NCBI GenBank assembly: GCA_013239625.1
Contig: MU054187.1
Span: forward strand, 17,166,711 to 17,230,710
Source of the DNA: Lama guanicoe
Lineage: Eukaryota
DNA: 64,000 nt
Direction: 5' to 3'
The notes below the pieces were generated by a model that was given only the letters and a program-made list of their open reading frames with translations, was not told the origin of the DNA and ran no database searches. Positions 1 through 13,060 of the stretch are shown in pieces. Positions within the stretch are counted from its first letter, which is position 1. Every line of letters begins with the position of its first letter. Position numbers and translations under genes: made by a program.

Positions 1-144
1 TAAGAGCTCTGGGCACTCTCTGCACAATGTTTGATGACTAAGTGATAAGGACAACCCAGAACAGATTCAAGAAGTATTCATTGGCACACCAACACACCCA
101 AGTCTTCATCTTTTAGTCCTAACTTATCTCTGGAACACCCTACA

Positions 145-660
145 CATATAGTCAACTGTTTTTCACACTCTTTCTACATGACCTCTAAAGACCTCTAACA
201 CATAGCATCAAAACTACTAATGAGATCAAAACAGGACTTCTGATTTATATTCCAAACCTACTGTCTCATAGGGAATCCTATGGATTCATCTCTTTCCATG
301 CTTTCCTACATCCACCCCTTCACAAACCTCAGTGACTCTAACTTCCAAATGGTTGTAAACCTACTTAGTTCTCCTTATTTTTATCATTACCACACTAGTT
401 AAAGACCACATTCTATTGCCTAATTTAATGCAGTTGGTTTCTGGTAATCTCATCCTCTACAATCTATTCTTCTGAGTAATAATTTTAGAACATAAATGAG
501 AAGGTATTATTTCCTCTAATGGGTTCCTATCAAAATAAAACCAAACTCAGTACTAGACAAAGAACCTACATGATCTGGCTCTTGACTCTAATCTCCTCTT
601 CTTTTCCTCCCTCCTTTGACCAGTATGCTTCAGCCATTTTATCCTTATATTATGCAGATA
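145..660 (+). mobile_element. Degenerate L2 (LINE2) fragment
   Basis: Pyrimidine-rich stretch resembling the L2 3' region (catatagtcaactg...acctctaacacatagcatcaaaact...acatgatctggctcttgact). Heavily diverged; boundaries approximate. Confidence 0.45.
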
Positions 661-740
661 TTTTGTTCATTGTATGAATAAGGCACTCATTTTCCACTGG
701 TTAACTAACAAACCAAGTCACTTTCTAAAGTCAATCATTG

Positions 741-840
741 GAGGGAGGGTATATAGTTCAGTGGTAGAGTGCATGCTTAGCATGCACAAGGTCCTGGGTT
801 CAATCCCCAGTACCACCATCAAAAAACAAAAGAAAAAAGT
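741..840 (+). mobile_element. tRNA-Ala-derived SINE (camelid Vic-1 type), short form
   Basis: gggagggtatatagttcagtggtagagtgcatgcttagcatgcacaaggtcctgggttcaatccccagtaccacca has A/B boxes and is followed by an A-rich tail. Degenerate TSD aaagtcaatcattg (727-740) / aaagttaattgctg (841-854). Confidence 0.9.
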
Positions 841-1955
841 AAAGTTAATTGCTGAATTCCTATTTACTTTACAAGAGAAGCTGGAATTGAATGGGTGAGG
901 TATTAGGATTGCCACAGAGTCCAAATTGTTCTCTTAGTCTTGATTTCAAAAGGAATATAACTCCATAAGAGTTTATATTTCATGAGCCCTGGAAATAAAA
1001 TCATTTCTTCCACATAGGAGTCTACTGGGAAATATAAAGTGAGACACTGCTGGGAGATATAAAATAAAAGGTGGGTTCAAAAGTCATACATAGGTTGAGA
1101 AACCATATAATTGATCATTTCAACAAGGACGTTTGAGGTTGAGAAGGAAGACCATCACTAATTAATTACACAGGTATTAACTAGGATTGTTACAGGCCTA
1201 CCCGTCTTACACTGTAACTAAGAGAGAGGTTGAGAATCTATCACTGATAGCATCAGAAACCATCCAAGTTGTAATCTGGGTTACTTGTGCTAATTATCTG
1301 CATCATATTTTGCCTTTTATAAAAACCTGTGCTTAGGCAGCTCCTTGGAAGAAGACGTGAACTCATGGCATTTGGTTTCCAATGGTCACAATCATCCAAG
1401 CAAGAAAATCCCAAGGGGAAGCTAAATTTCCAAGGGAACAGAGCAAAAGCTGGCAGAGCAATTAACCTTCCCCTATGTGGACACTGTATTTCCAAACCTA
1501 AATACTTGAAGATGAATTTATTTTTGTAAATGAGGGTGATAATTCCTTCATGGATCAATTGGGAATAATTGATGAAAACAGATGCATTAAGAAAACTTAA
1601 ATACCTAGAAATTAAATGCTAAGACTTATGTTGTGGTACTATTACTATACCACCAAGCTACATCTATAAAAATATTACTGTACAATTAGGAGAGTAGTAT
1701 GTTGTTTCTATATAGATGCATAAATCAATGTATATGTAAATGTTCTCTGTATCATCTACATGGGCAAAACAAAAGTTAAATTATATACTGACTTACTTTT
1801 TGAGATTATTGTCTTACGATTTAACGATATTACTGATGCTTGATGTGTTCAAGAAGAAAGGCTAGGAAAACAGGAAAAGTTGTTTGGGAACTTGCATACA
1901 AGGAACACTACCTACATGAAAATATGAATTTGACAGGGCATCCTTCTGTCTATCT

Positions 1956-2077
1956 CAGTGTTTCTCAAAGTGTAGTTTAAGTGGCACCCACTATAATCAA
2001 AATCTTTAAGGAGTAGATCTAGAAATTTACAGTTTTAACAAGATGATATTTATGCAAAGAAAGTTTAAATATTTTGG
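1956..2077. mobile_element. MER5-like hAT-Charlie DNA transposon remnant
   Basis: Begins cagtgtttctcaaagtgt (MER5 terminus-like). Contains ttttaacaag...tgatatttatgca...aaagtttaaata. Confidence 0.45.
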
Positions 2078-5000
2078 TCCAATTGGCCAGGCCCAAGGAC
2101 TTGACACACTTATATAACACAGAAGACATTTTGGACAAAATGCATAAAAGAAGTGGTTTTTGCTATGAATGCAATTTGGAATGAAGAATATATTTTACCA
2201 GTTAATTTGAATCTCTTTCCATGGTGGGAAAAGCTGGAAAAACTCTTCATCCAATATGGGAGAGAGATGGCTTAACAGAGGTCTGTGTGGGAAAACGGCA
2301 AAGGAAAAGTAACCAGCTGAAAAGAAGTTAAGCACTTTAAAAAAAATTGATGGAATGGAAAGATTTTAATTGAAAATGCTAATATATAAATAATAGAAAT
2401 GATTTTAATGAATGAAACAATAAACATATGTTATTGACCTTTTTTTTTAGAGTTAATATATTTATTTTAAGTGCCATTCACCTATGTTACTTGTAGCAGC
2501 AACAATCCTAATGACATTTGGAATACTTCTATACAGCACTAAACAGTTACAAAGAATGGGCTCCATTCATCACAGAGGCAAATAATGAAATCGTGCAATA
2601 ACAAAACTAGAGAAACATTAAAACACTGACCGTCCAACAACAGTACAGAGAGCAGGTTGTGTCTGCACAAAAAAAGCAATGCGTGCTCATCACATATATA
2701 TAGCATAGATACTGTTATTATAATAAACACTGTATTGTTACAGAGACCATAACAAAATTATAAACATAAAGAAAAAAACAAACATTAACACATTAAGTTT
2801 TTTATTTACCTCTTAAGTTTTGGCTTATACATTTTTTTCCTAACATGTGTTGGAGGGAAAACAACTATCTAGGTTACAAAACAAAAAAATAAAAAAGAAA
2901 TTGTCTTGAAAATGAGAGAGAAGACTAACGGTAGGTATGTGCATCCCTGGAAAAAAGATTTCAAAGTTACTGGGATGTACTAAAAACAGTCAAAGAAAAG
3001 AATGTATCAACTAAAATTTGAGTTAATTTATATATGAATGAGGCTTTTTATGGGTTAAAAAAAAGAATAGTAAAAAGACATATCCATGAAAAAAAGAGGA
3101 AATTTTATACTTTGCATCTAGTTTCTAACTATACCATTCTGTATTAAGTCCCTAAATTATGGCCTTGAACTCTCCTAATACTAAAGAATAAAAACATACA
3201 TTAGAGATTTTTACATCTCCATATCAAACTCCCAAAGTATTTGTTCAAGAAATATTTTTTAAAAGCATCGAAGTGATGAAAATGAATTCCATATGGTATG
3301 CTTACATATGCTAAAAGCAAACTTTATTTTTCTAATCTCAGGGAACATCTGCACTTTATAACACATTTTTGGGTGTGTGTGATAGTCTGTTTTTCATACA
3401 AGATGGTTAGGCCGCCATTATGCTCTTTTTTTCTTCAATGGCAGGGGTGTGTTTCTAACTATTTTGTTTTAATCAGCCTAAAATTGATAGCTTTGTTTTT
3501 TGTTCTTTTCATGTTTATGTCTATTTTTTTCCCCAGTAATACTTGAAGATCAGCATGTATTAATAGCTGCAGGACAAAGGCAGCTAGAGGAAATTAGCTG
3601 TCACCCACAGCCGAGGATTCTGTGGTCTTAAAAGGCAAAAAGGGCTAAGTGTTCTATGGTGATCTGGCATGCAGATCATGTCATTTCTATTAAAAATTAG
3701 ACATCTTACATATTTTATATTGTTCTGTGTTGATTAAGAAATCCAAATTAATATGCTTTCTGACATTACACAAAACTCCCATTTTAATAAGCAAATTATG
3801 ATGAAATGTGAGGAAATCTAAGGATTGTCTTAACTAATTATGCATTTTTGACCTAATTTTGTTTTAGATAATTAATCTTTCATTTTGGTAAATCTTTTCT
3901 AATTAAAAGTATTATACATTTTATTGTGCTAATGATGATACTTGTTTTAAAGACTATTTTCTTTAATTGCTGTGGTTGCAGTACCAACATAATGGTTTTT
4001 AGAGATGGGTTACAACAGTGTTACTAGAAAAACTCTATACTTTTTTTCTTACTTTAATGTTAAGTCCTCAACAAATTTCAGTGAGCACAGGAAGTCTCAC
4101 AAATGAGAGTCTAGTGTATTACAAAAACATGGTCTGTGCTTCACTAAACAGAACAGAATGGACAAATGCGAGATGACTTAAAGCTTATCCTGTCCTCTGT
4201 GGATGTAGTTGCTTTGCTTTTGGACTTGGCTGGTTCCCACCCAGTTGTCTCTGGAAGGCAGCCGATCACATTGTCTGTAGTTGGTTTTTCAGAAAATAGG
4301 TTGGTCAAATTTTAATTTGGACTTATATATGCCTGTTTCTAAACCTTGACCATGCTTTCAAAGCATTAAAGTTTCACTCACCGATTCAAAAATTGTAAAG
4401 AGCAAAATCAGAACCAGAGTTTGCAGCTTGCGTTTGCGTGTGTGTCTGCATTTGTAGATGTGAAATAAAGTTCACTGACACCAATGTCTGCCTGTCTGTC
4501 TGTTACACACACACATTTAAGGCTCACAGATTATACTAGGGGATGGGAGCCAACATGGCCAGGTATCCTAAGTGATTAAGTGTTTCCACTTTATGCAGCA
4601 AGCCTCAATCACATCATTACAGTCTACCTTGAGGTTGGGGCACTCACTTTAGGTATGATGAAAATAAGCATTTTTACTTAGCTAATTTTTGCAAGAGGGG
4701 AGAGAGGCAACATTTTACACTAAAGGAAAAAAAAAGCAAGCTATTTCCATGATACATTCACTCCCAGGCTATGAGTCATGGCACTGCTTTTAATTGTTTT
4801 ATTGACTTTGACGACAGAATACCGGGACATTTTCTTTTCCTGCTTATCACTTTAGCAGATTGCTAGATTACTTTCCACTGATTAAAAATGGCTGTCTCTT
4901 CCACAACTTGCTTCTTATAGTGTCAGTTGATATTTAAAAGCAATAGGTAATCCATCTCCCTTTCATAGTTTACATAATGTTTGAAAATTTTGCATGATTT

Positions 5001-6379
5001 TTTCTAGGTAAAAATGTTCTTTCTTTACCATTCCCTCTTGTTTCCAAGCTTTTATGCAGCACTCATCAGCTGTAAGAAAATAATGTGGATTCTTCAGTAG
5101 AACTTCTTCACCATCAAAGAAACTACTACCTGCTATTCACACTTTTCTCTTCCCTTTCGGTTTTTTTTTAGGTTTTAAGGTGACTTAATTGGACTCATGA
5201 CCATTGCCAGGAGACAATAATATGACCCAGGACTACTCTGGCAAATTTACAATTAAATACATCAACTTGAATACAGATGTATTCCTTACACCTGTGATTT
5301 TTAGAACATTTTCTTCACTAAAGCTTGGATGTTAAAAGTTTAATTGATTTACAAAATATTATTTGAATTCTGAATTTCACAGCTTCTGCAGGACAAAATA
5401 ATGAAAACTACAAACTCATAATTACATTCACTTTTAAGCATTTTACTCCAAGAGGGATGCATTTCAAATCAAAATATGATGGTCGACTTTTCTTATAAAA
5501 ACACATTTTGAGGATTTTGATGACATAGTTACATATAGTTACATAGGAATTCATGCAGTTAACACCTAGACATAAGCAATCAACTCAAGGCCCCAAGGCA
5601 CTGCAGGTTCAGAGAATAAGCCATGGAAGTCTCAGAGAATCATTATTTTAAATTTCTTAAATCATAATTCTTTATAAAACCACTACACTGAAAATGAATA
5701 TGCTTGAATATGCTTGAGAAGATATTAGTATTAAGAAAAATTGGAAAATACACACGGAGTATGTATGATGAAGGGAAAAGTAAAAAACTGTACATAGGAA
5801 TAAGCAATATAATATTCAGCATCTGATAATCAGAAAGCATGTAGCTCTTCTAAGTCTATGAGAAAACAGGATTCACAAAGGAAATCTAAAGAGCAAGATA
5901 AGAAGACATTGACTACAGCACGTACATGCACAGGGAACCCCCTAGGAGTTTAAAAAGAAAAAAAAAAAGCCAGAAATATATTGAAACTGATTTAGACTTT
6001 TGCCATAATGACTTGCTAATTTAGGAAAATTTGCAAAGTTTGGGGAAGATGAGTTTCCATTAGATCCTTCAGGGAAATACGAAGGATGATTTACCTAAGT
6101 GGTGGTGAACTTTAAGGATGAGATATCAACAAAGATGAACGATTCACAGATTTAGATAAAAGCATTCCATGATGGCCTTCTTGAGCAAACGGGTGGTTCA
6201 GAGAAGACTGGGTGAGCCACGGGAACTTCCCTGGGCTGAAGAAATGCCTACAGCCACTGTGATTTTATAAAATGGCTCATTTACCTTTTTATGGAAGCAC
6301 TGGTTGTCTTGATGTATTTAAAATAATACTGAGGTGAAACTGTTACTGATTTCATTGTTGTTACACTATATTTACTGTG

Positions 6380-6600
6380 TACTGTGTTTATTTACTGGGT
6401 ACATTACTTTGAGTATATAATGCATGATAAGCCATAACACTGATTACTTTAATTAATCCTCACAATAACTCTAAAATTATTTTGAGTAATGAGTTGTGTT
6501 AATGAGGAAGATGAGGAGAGACCCAGTGAGGCATTATGAAGGGAGGAAAAAAGTGTGCTGAGAGGGTGGCAGGGGTAAAGGGCAAAGCTTCTGTCTGGGG
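6380..6600 (-). mobile_element. MIR SINE remnant
   Basis: taattaatcctcacaataactcta...aatgaggaagatgagg resembles the antisense MIR core. Confidence 0.4.
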
Positions 6601-8659
6601 GTTAAGTAAGGAAGAACACTGTCACCATGCCATAGGCATTAATCACTACCCTATACTTAATACAAATCTACTGAAAAATACTGAACAGAACACAAACATG
6701 ACCATACTTACCTTTTATAATGTGAACTCTAATAGAGCATGAGGAGAAATGGAATGGTGGGGATAGACGCAGACAGAGCAATTAAAATATTATTAAAGTA
6801 GCCAAGCTGACTGGATCTTGAATCAAGTTACTATTGATGTAGGCAGATGGAAGAGAAGAAAGAAGGCATATTTTAAGGAAGGAAATCTGTAAGATTCGGC
6901 ACATGATGAAATGTGACAGGACAGGGAAAAGATGAAGTCTATAGAGTGGCTTCCAGATACAAAGTCACTTATGAAGACCAAAATCTGGTGATATTATTTG
7001 GGCTAAATCTGATACTTTAGAGAGACTTCTGAGGTTTATGTGATATACCCTCCATCCTACGAAAAATAAAACAAAGCAAACAAACAAAATGACCTGCTTC
7101 GTCTCAGTCTGATGTGCAGCAAGTGCAGATAAAATGTTAGACGATCCTTAAACTCAAGAGTTTTTATCAGAATTGGGGTTATTTATTTCAACCCTGCCTC
7201 CTCTGTTTCCACTCTAGCAAGAGAAGTAACTCTTAGCATTGAAAGGCTAAAGAATACCATTTGAAATTATGCTATTTCAGAAGCACTGAGAAAGACCATC
7301 TCTCAGAAGATAATAAACATAGTGGCTTACACTGCACAATCATTTTCTTCCCGCAGGCCATCATTTTAGTTTAGTAGTTCCTTAATGGAGAGGGGCAAGT
7401 GGGAGGGGGAGTTGAAGAGACTCTCACCTTGCTTTTGTAAAACTGGACACAGAGGCAGATAGACCCACAGAACAGAGTTATCTCACTGTAGCGAGCATCT
7501 CCTAAGAACACTTCCAAGGAGAGTGGAGCTAAACATAGTGCCCCGTTACCGGAGTCCTGCTCGTTAGACGATGCCTTCACTATGGATGACCACAGGAGAA
7601 ACGTGTGTATGTGTTATTAATGACCACAATTAAATGTGTATGTGTATATACGCTTTGTGTGTTTTGTGTTAAGGGCAAATAGGAGGGTGGCTGGTATTAT
7701 TTTATAAGATTATGCATAATATTGGGAGTATACAATTATCTAGTCTCTTAAATATTGTTATTCCTACTGTGGAGGATCTCCCTTTCTGTTTAACAGCCAA
7801 GCAAGGTTACTCAATATTTAATTCATGACATATCACTTAGAATACAATCGAATTTTGTTTTGAAAACGATTTGAAAACAGATTCTAAAAACAGTGACACC
7901 TAAAGTTAAAAATGCATAAATTTGGAAAATATTCCAAACAGTTAGATTATTTTGGCTTGGGCTTCAAATAATGTGAAGTATATAGATAAGAATGAAAGTC
8001 AGGTAATAGAATTGAAATAAGTCTAAAGTTGAAAGACTTGAATTCTGTATTCACCACACTTAAATGTGTATGTATTAGAAATATTTTGCTCAAACATAGG
8101 CATGAATTGAATTAGAATTCAGCTGTAGCTTTTGGAATATGAGTATTAGTGACAGCATTATATATTTCAGTGAAAGGTTGGAAAGATTTAACAAATCTGG
8201 AAATGATTAGACTTCCTTCAGGAACTCACATTTTAAGATTTTGTGGACTGAGAGAAAAAAAGCGTTTTAAGGGCAGGAACTGTGTCTTATTCATATTTAA
8301 ATTTCCAAATCTGAACACAAGTTCTGACTAAGTTGAAATTAAAAAAAATGAATTGATTAAATGAGAAATATACATATCAGATTATAGAAGAACACATAAT
8401 TATTGAGCTTCTACTGTGCTTCATGAATTTGCTAGATATTTTTAAACAATAATTTATCACATATTTGCACAGAATATGTATTTGCTGTGTTTGTATTAAG
8501 TGCTGTAGGGGATATGGGTCTATTTATAAGAGAAAAACAAAGACATGATTCCTGATACCATACAGCTTACAAATACATTAAAAGAATGACATGAACAATG
8601 ATGGAAAAGCTAGACAAAATAGTTTGTTGGAAAACACTGGCAGAGAGAAGTAAATTATA

Positions 8660-9091
8660 TGTGGTAGAGACAGCTAACTGTCCACCACAGTTAATATTCC
8701 CTTTCTATTGAAAAATCTGTCATTTATGAACAGCTACAGAGGCACAGAACTATATTAGGTAGCAATTAATTCTTTTACTCTTATATGGACAGAAGTGAAT
8801 TCATGTCCATTTTGGGCCAAGAAGTTTAAATGTATAAGTAACCTGTGGATATCCCTTTTCTGAGTCTAGTTGGTTGGAGTGTAGATGATCACCAGGGCCA
8901 TATTGTAAGTCCCAAGCTGAAGATGTTGGAACATCTATCAGCATGGATCCCTGATTGAGTGTGTGGATAAGGGCTGACTTGAAAACCTGGGCATTTATTC
9001 AGTATAGTTATCTGAATAAGATACAAACTTCTACTGACTTTGATCCATTGCACCACATTGGGGCTGTTACAGCAGTTAGATTGCCTTAACA
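8660..9091 (+). mobile_element. MaLR solo LTR (MLT1I/J-like)
   Basis: Runs tgtggtagag...ca. Internal agcatggatccctgattgagtgtgtgga and 3' aaacttcta...gggctgttacagcagttag are typical of older MLT1. Confidence 0.6.
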
Positions 9092-9252
9092 TTTGACATT
9101 TGCATAATAAATAGATTGATGGTGATAGTAGATAGAAAGATGGATGAGCTCATGAAAAAAGCCTCTTGAGATTAAGCAATGACATTAAAGGACAGGAGCA
9201 CATATTTCATTAGAGAAAAAGAGAAGTTATGGTATCAAAATGGAAAAAAGAT

Positions 9253-9283
9253 TGTGTGTGTGTGTGTCTGTGTCTGTGTGTGT
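9253..9283. repeat. Imperfect (TG)n microsatellite
   Basis: Direct reading. Confidence 0.9.
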
Positions 9284-9689
9284 AACTTTGGTTGGTGGAG
9301 GAAGGAGTTCTGCAGATCCATCATAGTTTACTAAGAAAGCATAGCAGAAGAACTTGAACATCAGTCTGGATGGACTGCATGCTGTAGAGTAGAAAGTTTT
9401 CATAGCACTTGTTAAGAAGAATTACATGAAGAAAGCAATGTTTTAGGAGGGTTAACTTACTGACACTGTGTCAGGAGATTTGGTATATGACAAAGATAAT
9501 TCAATGGAGAGATAAACCTCAATTATTGAGTAAACACTAACAAAAGCACCTTTAAATCTGAGGGTGGCAGGAACTGAAAATTCCTTTAGTGTCCAGGCAA
9601 ATAATGTAATTGTCCAGAACAGGACAACATATGCTGAATAGGAAACACTGGGAATTATCAACTCGGAGAGTATTTGTACTGCTTAAAAA

Positions 9690-9889
9690 TAAATGTAGAA
9701 TAGATAAACAAGATCGTACTGTGTAGCACAGGGAAATATATACAGGATCTTGTGGTGGCTCACAGCGAAAGAGAATGTGACAATGAATGTATGTATGTTC
9801 ATGTGCAACTGAAAAATTGTACTGTATGTTGGAATTTGACACAACATTGTAAAATAACTACAATTCAATTTTTAAAAAGTTAAAAAAAA
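9690..9889 (+). mobile_element. 5'-truncated camelid-type L1 3' UTR
   Basis: aatgtagaatagataaacaagatcgtactgtgtagcacagggaaatata...ggaatttgacacaacattgtaaaataacta plus A-rich tail. Homologous to the copies at 55388-55593 and 26176-26233. Confidence 0.85.
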
Positions 9890-10042
9890 TGGTCAAATAA
9901 AATGAAGAAAAATCTGTCTGTAGGGCCCATAATCCAGCAGTTTTGCTACCCACTTTAATAAATATAATTATACATTTTGTGGAGTGGAGAAAGAGAAAGA
10001 AAAATCTACTTGTGTCAAAACCTATAGAGTGGGAAACACAAC

Positions 10043-10063
10043 ATATATATATATATATATATA
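10043..10063. repeat. (AT)n microsatellite
   Basis: Direct reading. Confidence 0.9.
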
Positions 10064-10787
10064 ATATACACATACTTATATTTTGAAGTCTTGATTTTCC
10101 ATCACATCCCATGATTTTCATAATTTTCCAAGATTTGAAAATTGAAAAGGCTTTGCTGAAGTTATGCAATAATTAAAGAGTAGATATAGATAATAAAACA
10201 TATCTCCTTTCTGAAGTCTACTACCACTTGACCTGATATCATGATGATGCTGTGGTTTATGCCACGCACATGTCATTGGCTATTGCAAACTATATGACTG
10301 AACTTGATACCAACAGATACGGAAGTAAACTGTCCTTATGATGAACCCATGGTAAAGCAGTTGCAGTGAGGGTTGAACTATTCAGGCCAATTATACAATC
10401 TATCACTCCATTTATGCAAAATTATGATTTAGATTAATGCATTGTAACTTACTGTATTTCAATAAAAAATTAAAATAAAAAATAAATTCAAGTAAAATTA
10501 TTATTTAGAAGTCCAGTAATATTTTATATAGAATGACTTGGAGAATTGGCTAAGAAAATTACTTTATTTCCTATAGACTTAGTTAAAAACATAACTATTT
10601 AAACATTGAGAGGTAAATACTTCTCTATTTTAATTAATGAAGATTCTGTTATGTCAAATGGAACATTTTCTCACTCAACTCCATTATCCTTCATTTATTT
10701 CACTTTCTTTTTTTTTTTTCAGCACTCTTCATTCTTCTTTTCCTCCTTCCTCTCCCAGAAAATGTTTGAGCACTTATTTCATGGACA

Positions 10788-11012
10788 GTAGTTAAGTGCA
10801 CAAGCTCGGGTCAGATTAGCCAGGTAAAAATGTACCCAAGAAAATCCTGGTTTAGGGCACATCACTTACTACATCTAAGCCATACGTCCCCTAGCTGCAC
10901 TATAGTGATAAACACTACCTCACCAAGCTGTTGCAAAGAATATCTGAGATCAAGCAGGTAAATTATTTAGCAAAATACCTGTACTATATTAAGTGCCCAC
11001 TAAAGGTTAATT
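10788..11012 (+). mobile_element. MIR SINE remnant
   Basis: gttaagtgcacaagctc...actacctcaccaagctgttgcaaagaat...ttagcaaaatacctg...taagtgcccactaaaggttaattat follows the MIR layout. Confidence 0.55.
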
Positions 11013-12739
11013 ATGATCGATTGCAGAAAGAAAAAAACTTCAAAGTCTTCAAAAATAAATGCAGAAAGAGTAGGCCTAGATTGTTTTTCCAGAAACAACT
11101 TTTCTTTTGGTAAAGAATCAAATAATTGTCTGTTTCTTAGAGGGGTTATGTCCAGGCATAAATAATTTAACTGAATAAGACTTTTTCCTCTTGTGATGTG
11201 AAAATACAGCTAGGCATGTATTTTATTTTTTAGATAGGCAACAAAAATTGTTTTATATTTGTTGTGAAAACAAATGCTGCTGCATAATTACACAGGAAGG
11301 CTTTTTGTCCATAACAGTCTTCTCCATTCGAAGATCAATTTTGCTATCTCTTGAAACGATCCACAAGTTAAATGAAGTCAAGTATGACGTACATACTTGA
11401 ATGTACTTGAAATACTCTAATTTGAGTATTTATGATATGCTTTTACATATTTATGGTTAAAAATATAACAGTGCCTTTTAATCAAAGCAAAACATCTTAT
11501 AGATAATGATCTACATTCAAGTGCTTAAAGGCTATGCAAAGTAACAAAAATTCCATTTTTATGTGTAATATTTTATAAAGTGATTGATAGGCTAAAAGCA
11601 TGAGAAATTCTGGCCAGAAAGCTAAGTTCACAAATGTTTTTATTTTATATTAAAAAAATCTGTAACTAACTTTATTTTTCAGATTCTTGCTAGAAAAGAA
11701 AGCCACTACTTCAGTAAGCTGTGGTGGAGAGAAGATCTGGTAATATCAGAGATAACAACCCCAGAGGAAAAAACAGAAGGACCTACTGTATTGACCTATT
11801 TAAATATTTCCCCTAAAATTCAATAGAGTACTAAAAAGATATTAAAAGCCTTGAGTTGGAAGAGTATGATTATATAGAACTGATGTATTTTAACAAATTA
11901 AATCTCATATTTTAAAGTGAAAACTAGCATTTTCTCAAAGTTAAATGAAAGTAGCTACTGTGTAATGAACAGCTATGAAAAGGAAAAATTATTTGCAGAG
12001 GAAAAATCCTATTTTATTCATTGATTATTAGTCTTAGAAAATACAGAATAAAAGCTGTAATTGTTGTATAAAAACTTTTATATATATAATTATTACTTTA
12101 TCTCATAAAAATCACTTCCTTGGCCCATTATACCTTTTCTTCCATCCACCTCCTTTGTGCTGTTATTGGCAAGTATATGGCAATTATATTACATTTCTAT
12201 GTTATAGGTCCAAGAATACATTTTACATATGTATTTTATAAAATGTATTGTCATATATAGTTATTTATATACAACATATGCACATATATCAACATAAAAT
12301 GTATTACTGGGTCTAGAACATATAGAAACATTTGATAATTTTTATAACTTAAATCTTTTTATTGATATAATCTATATGACATGACATGGCTATCACATCT
12401 ACTTTTATTTCTTTAATTTTTAAATTTGCTTACCTTCTAACCTCCTTCACTTACTTCTCTGACAAATATGGAAGAAAAAGACTCTATTTGTACCTATGCC
12501 AGAATCCTGCCAAAATATACATATTACAAGGAGATGTCAATGTCCGTCCAATATTTGATCCCAAGCAAGGTTAAGTGGACAAGCCCAGCTGATTCTGGAA
12601 ATGCCCTGACACCTTTCTCCACCACCCTTACCAATCTCTCCCTGGTCACTTTTGTGACCTCTACTTCTTGCCCCACTGTTTCTCTCTTTTCTCCTCCTTC
12701 TTTTCACCAAGGTTAGACTGTACAGACATAGACGAACAA

Positions 12740-13060
12740 GTGAATGAAAAAAATTATTCACTTGTTATCAAGATCCTAGCCTATTTAGGACTGAATAGGA
12801 ATTCAGAGACAACCAAAATTCAGCTTCCAACCTAACAGGGGAGAATGATTCCTTCAAGACAGAGAGATAAATGCCAAAAGAGAGGTGAGAGGAGGAATCT
12901 CGGGGGGTCAGGCAGGAAACACTGGGGACGTGGCATATTATTTAGCCCTTGAAGAAAAAGTTCCTGCCAAGAAAAGAAAGTGGCATAGCATCTCAGGAAG
13001 GAAGAATATTGTACGTAAACAGATGCTGAGTCTGAAACAATGAAATACTCAAGGTGTATA
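12740..13060 (-). mobile_element. L2 remnant
   Basis: Purine-rich antisense L2-like tract (agcccttgaagaa...gcatctcaggaaggaagaatattgtacgtaaac). Confidence 0.4.

Noticed and set aside
741..820. Apparent tRNA-Ala(AGC) genes here and at 49026 and 50845-50920
   Set aside because: A-rich tails, TSDs and divergence from a canonical cloverleaf indicate SINE copies rather than tRNA genes.
12040..12420. Extremely AT-rich tract as a possible matrix-attachment region or origin
   Set aside because: Composition alone is not diagnostic in an AT-rich region.
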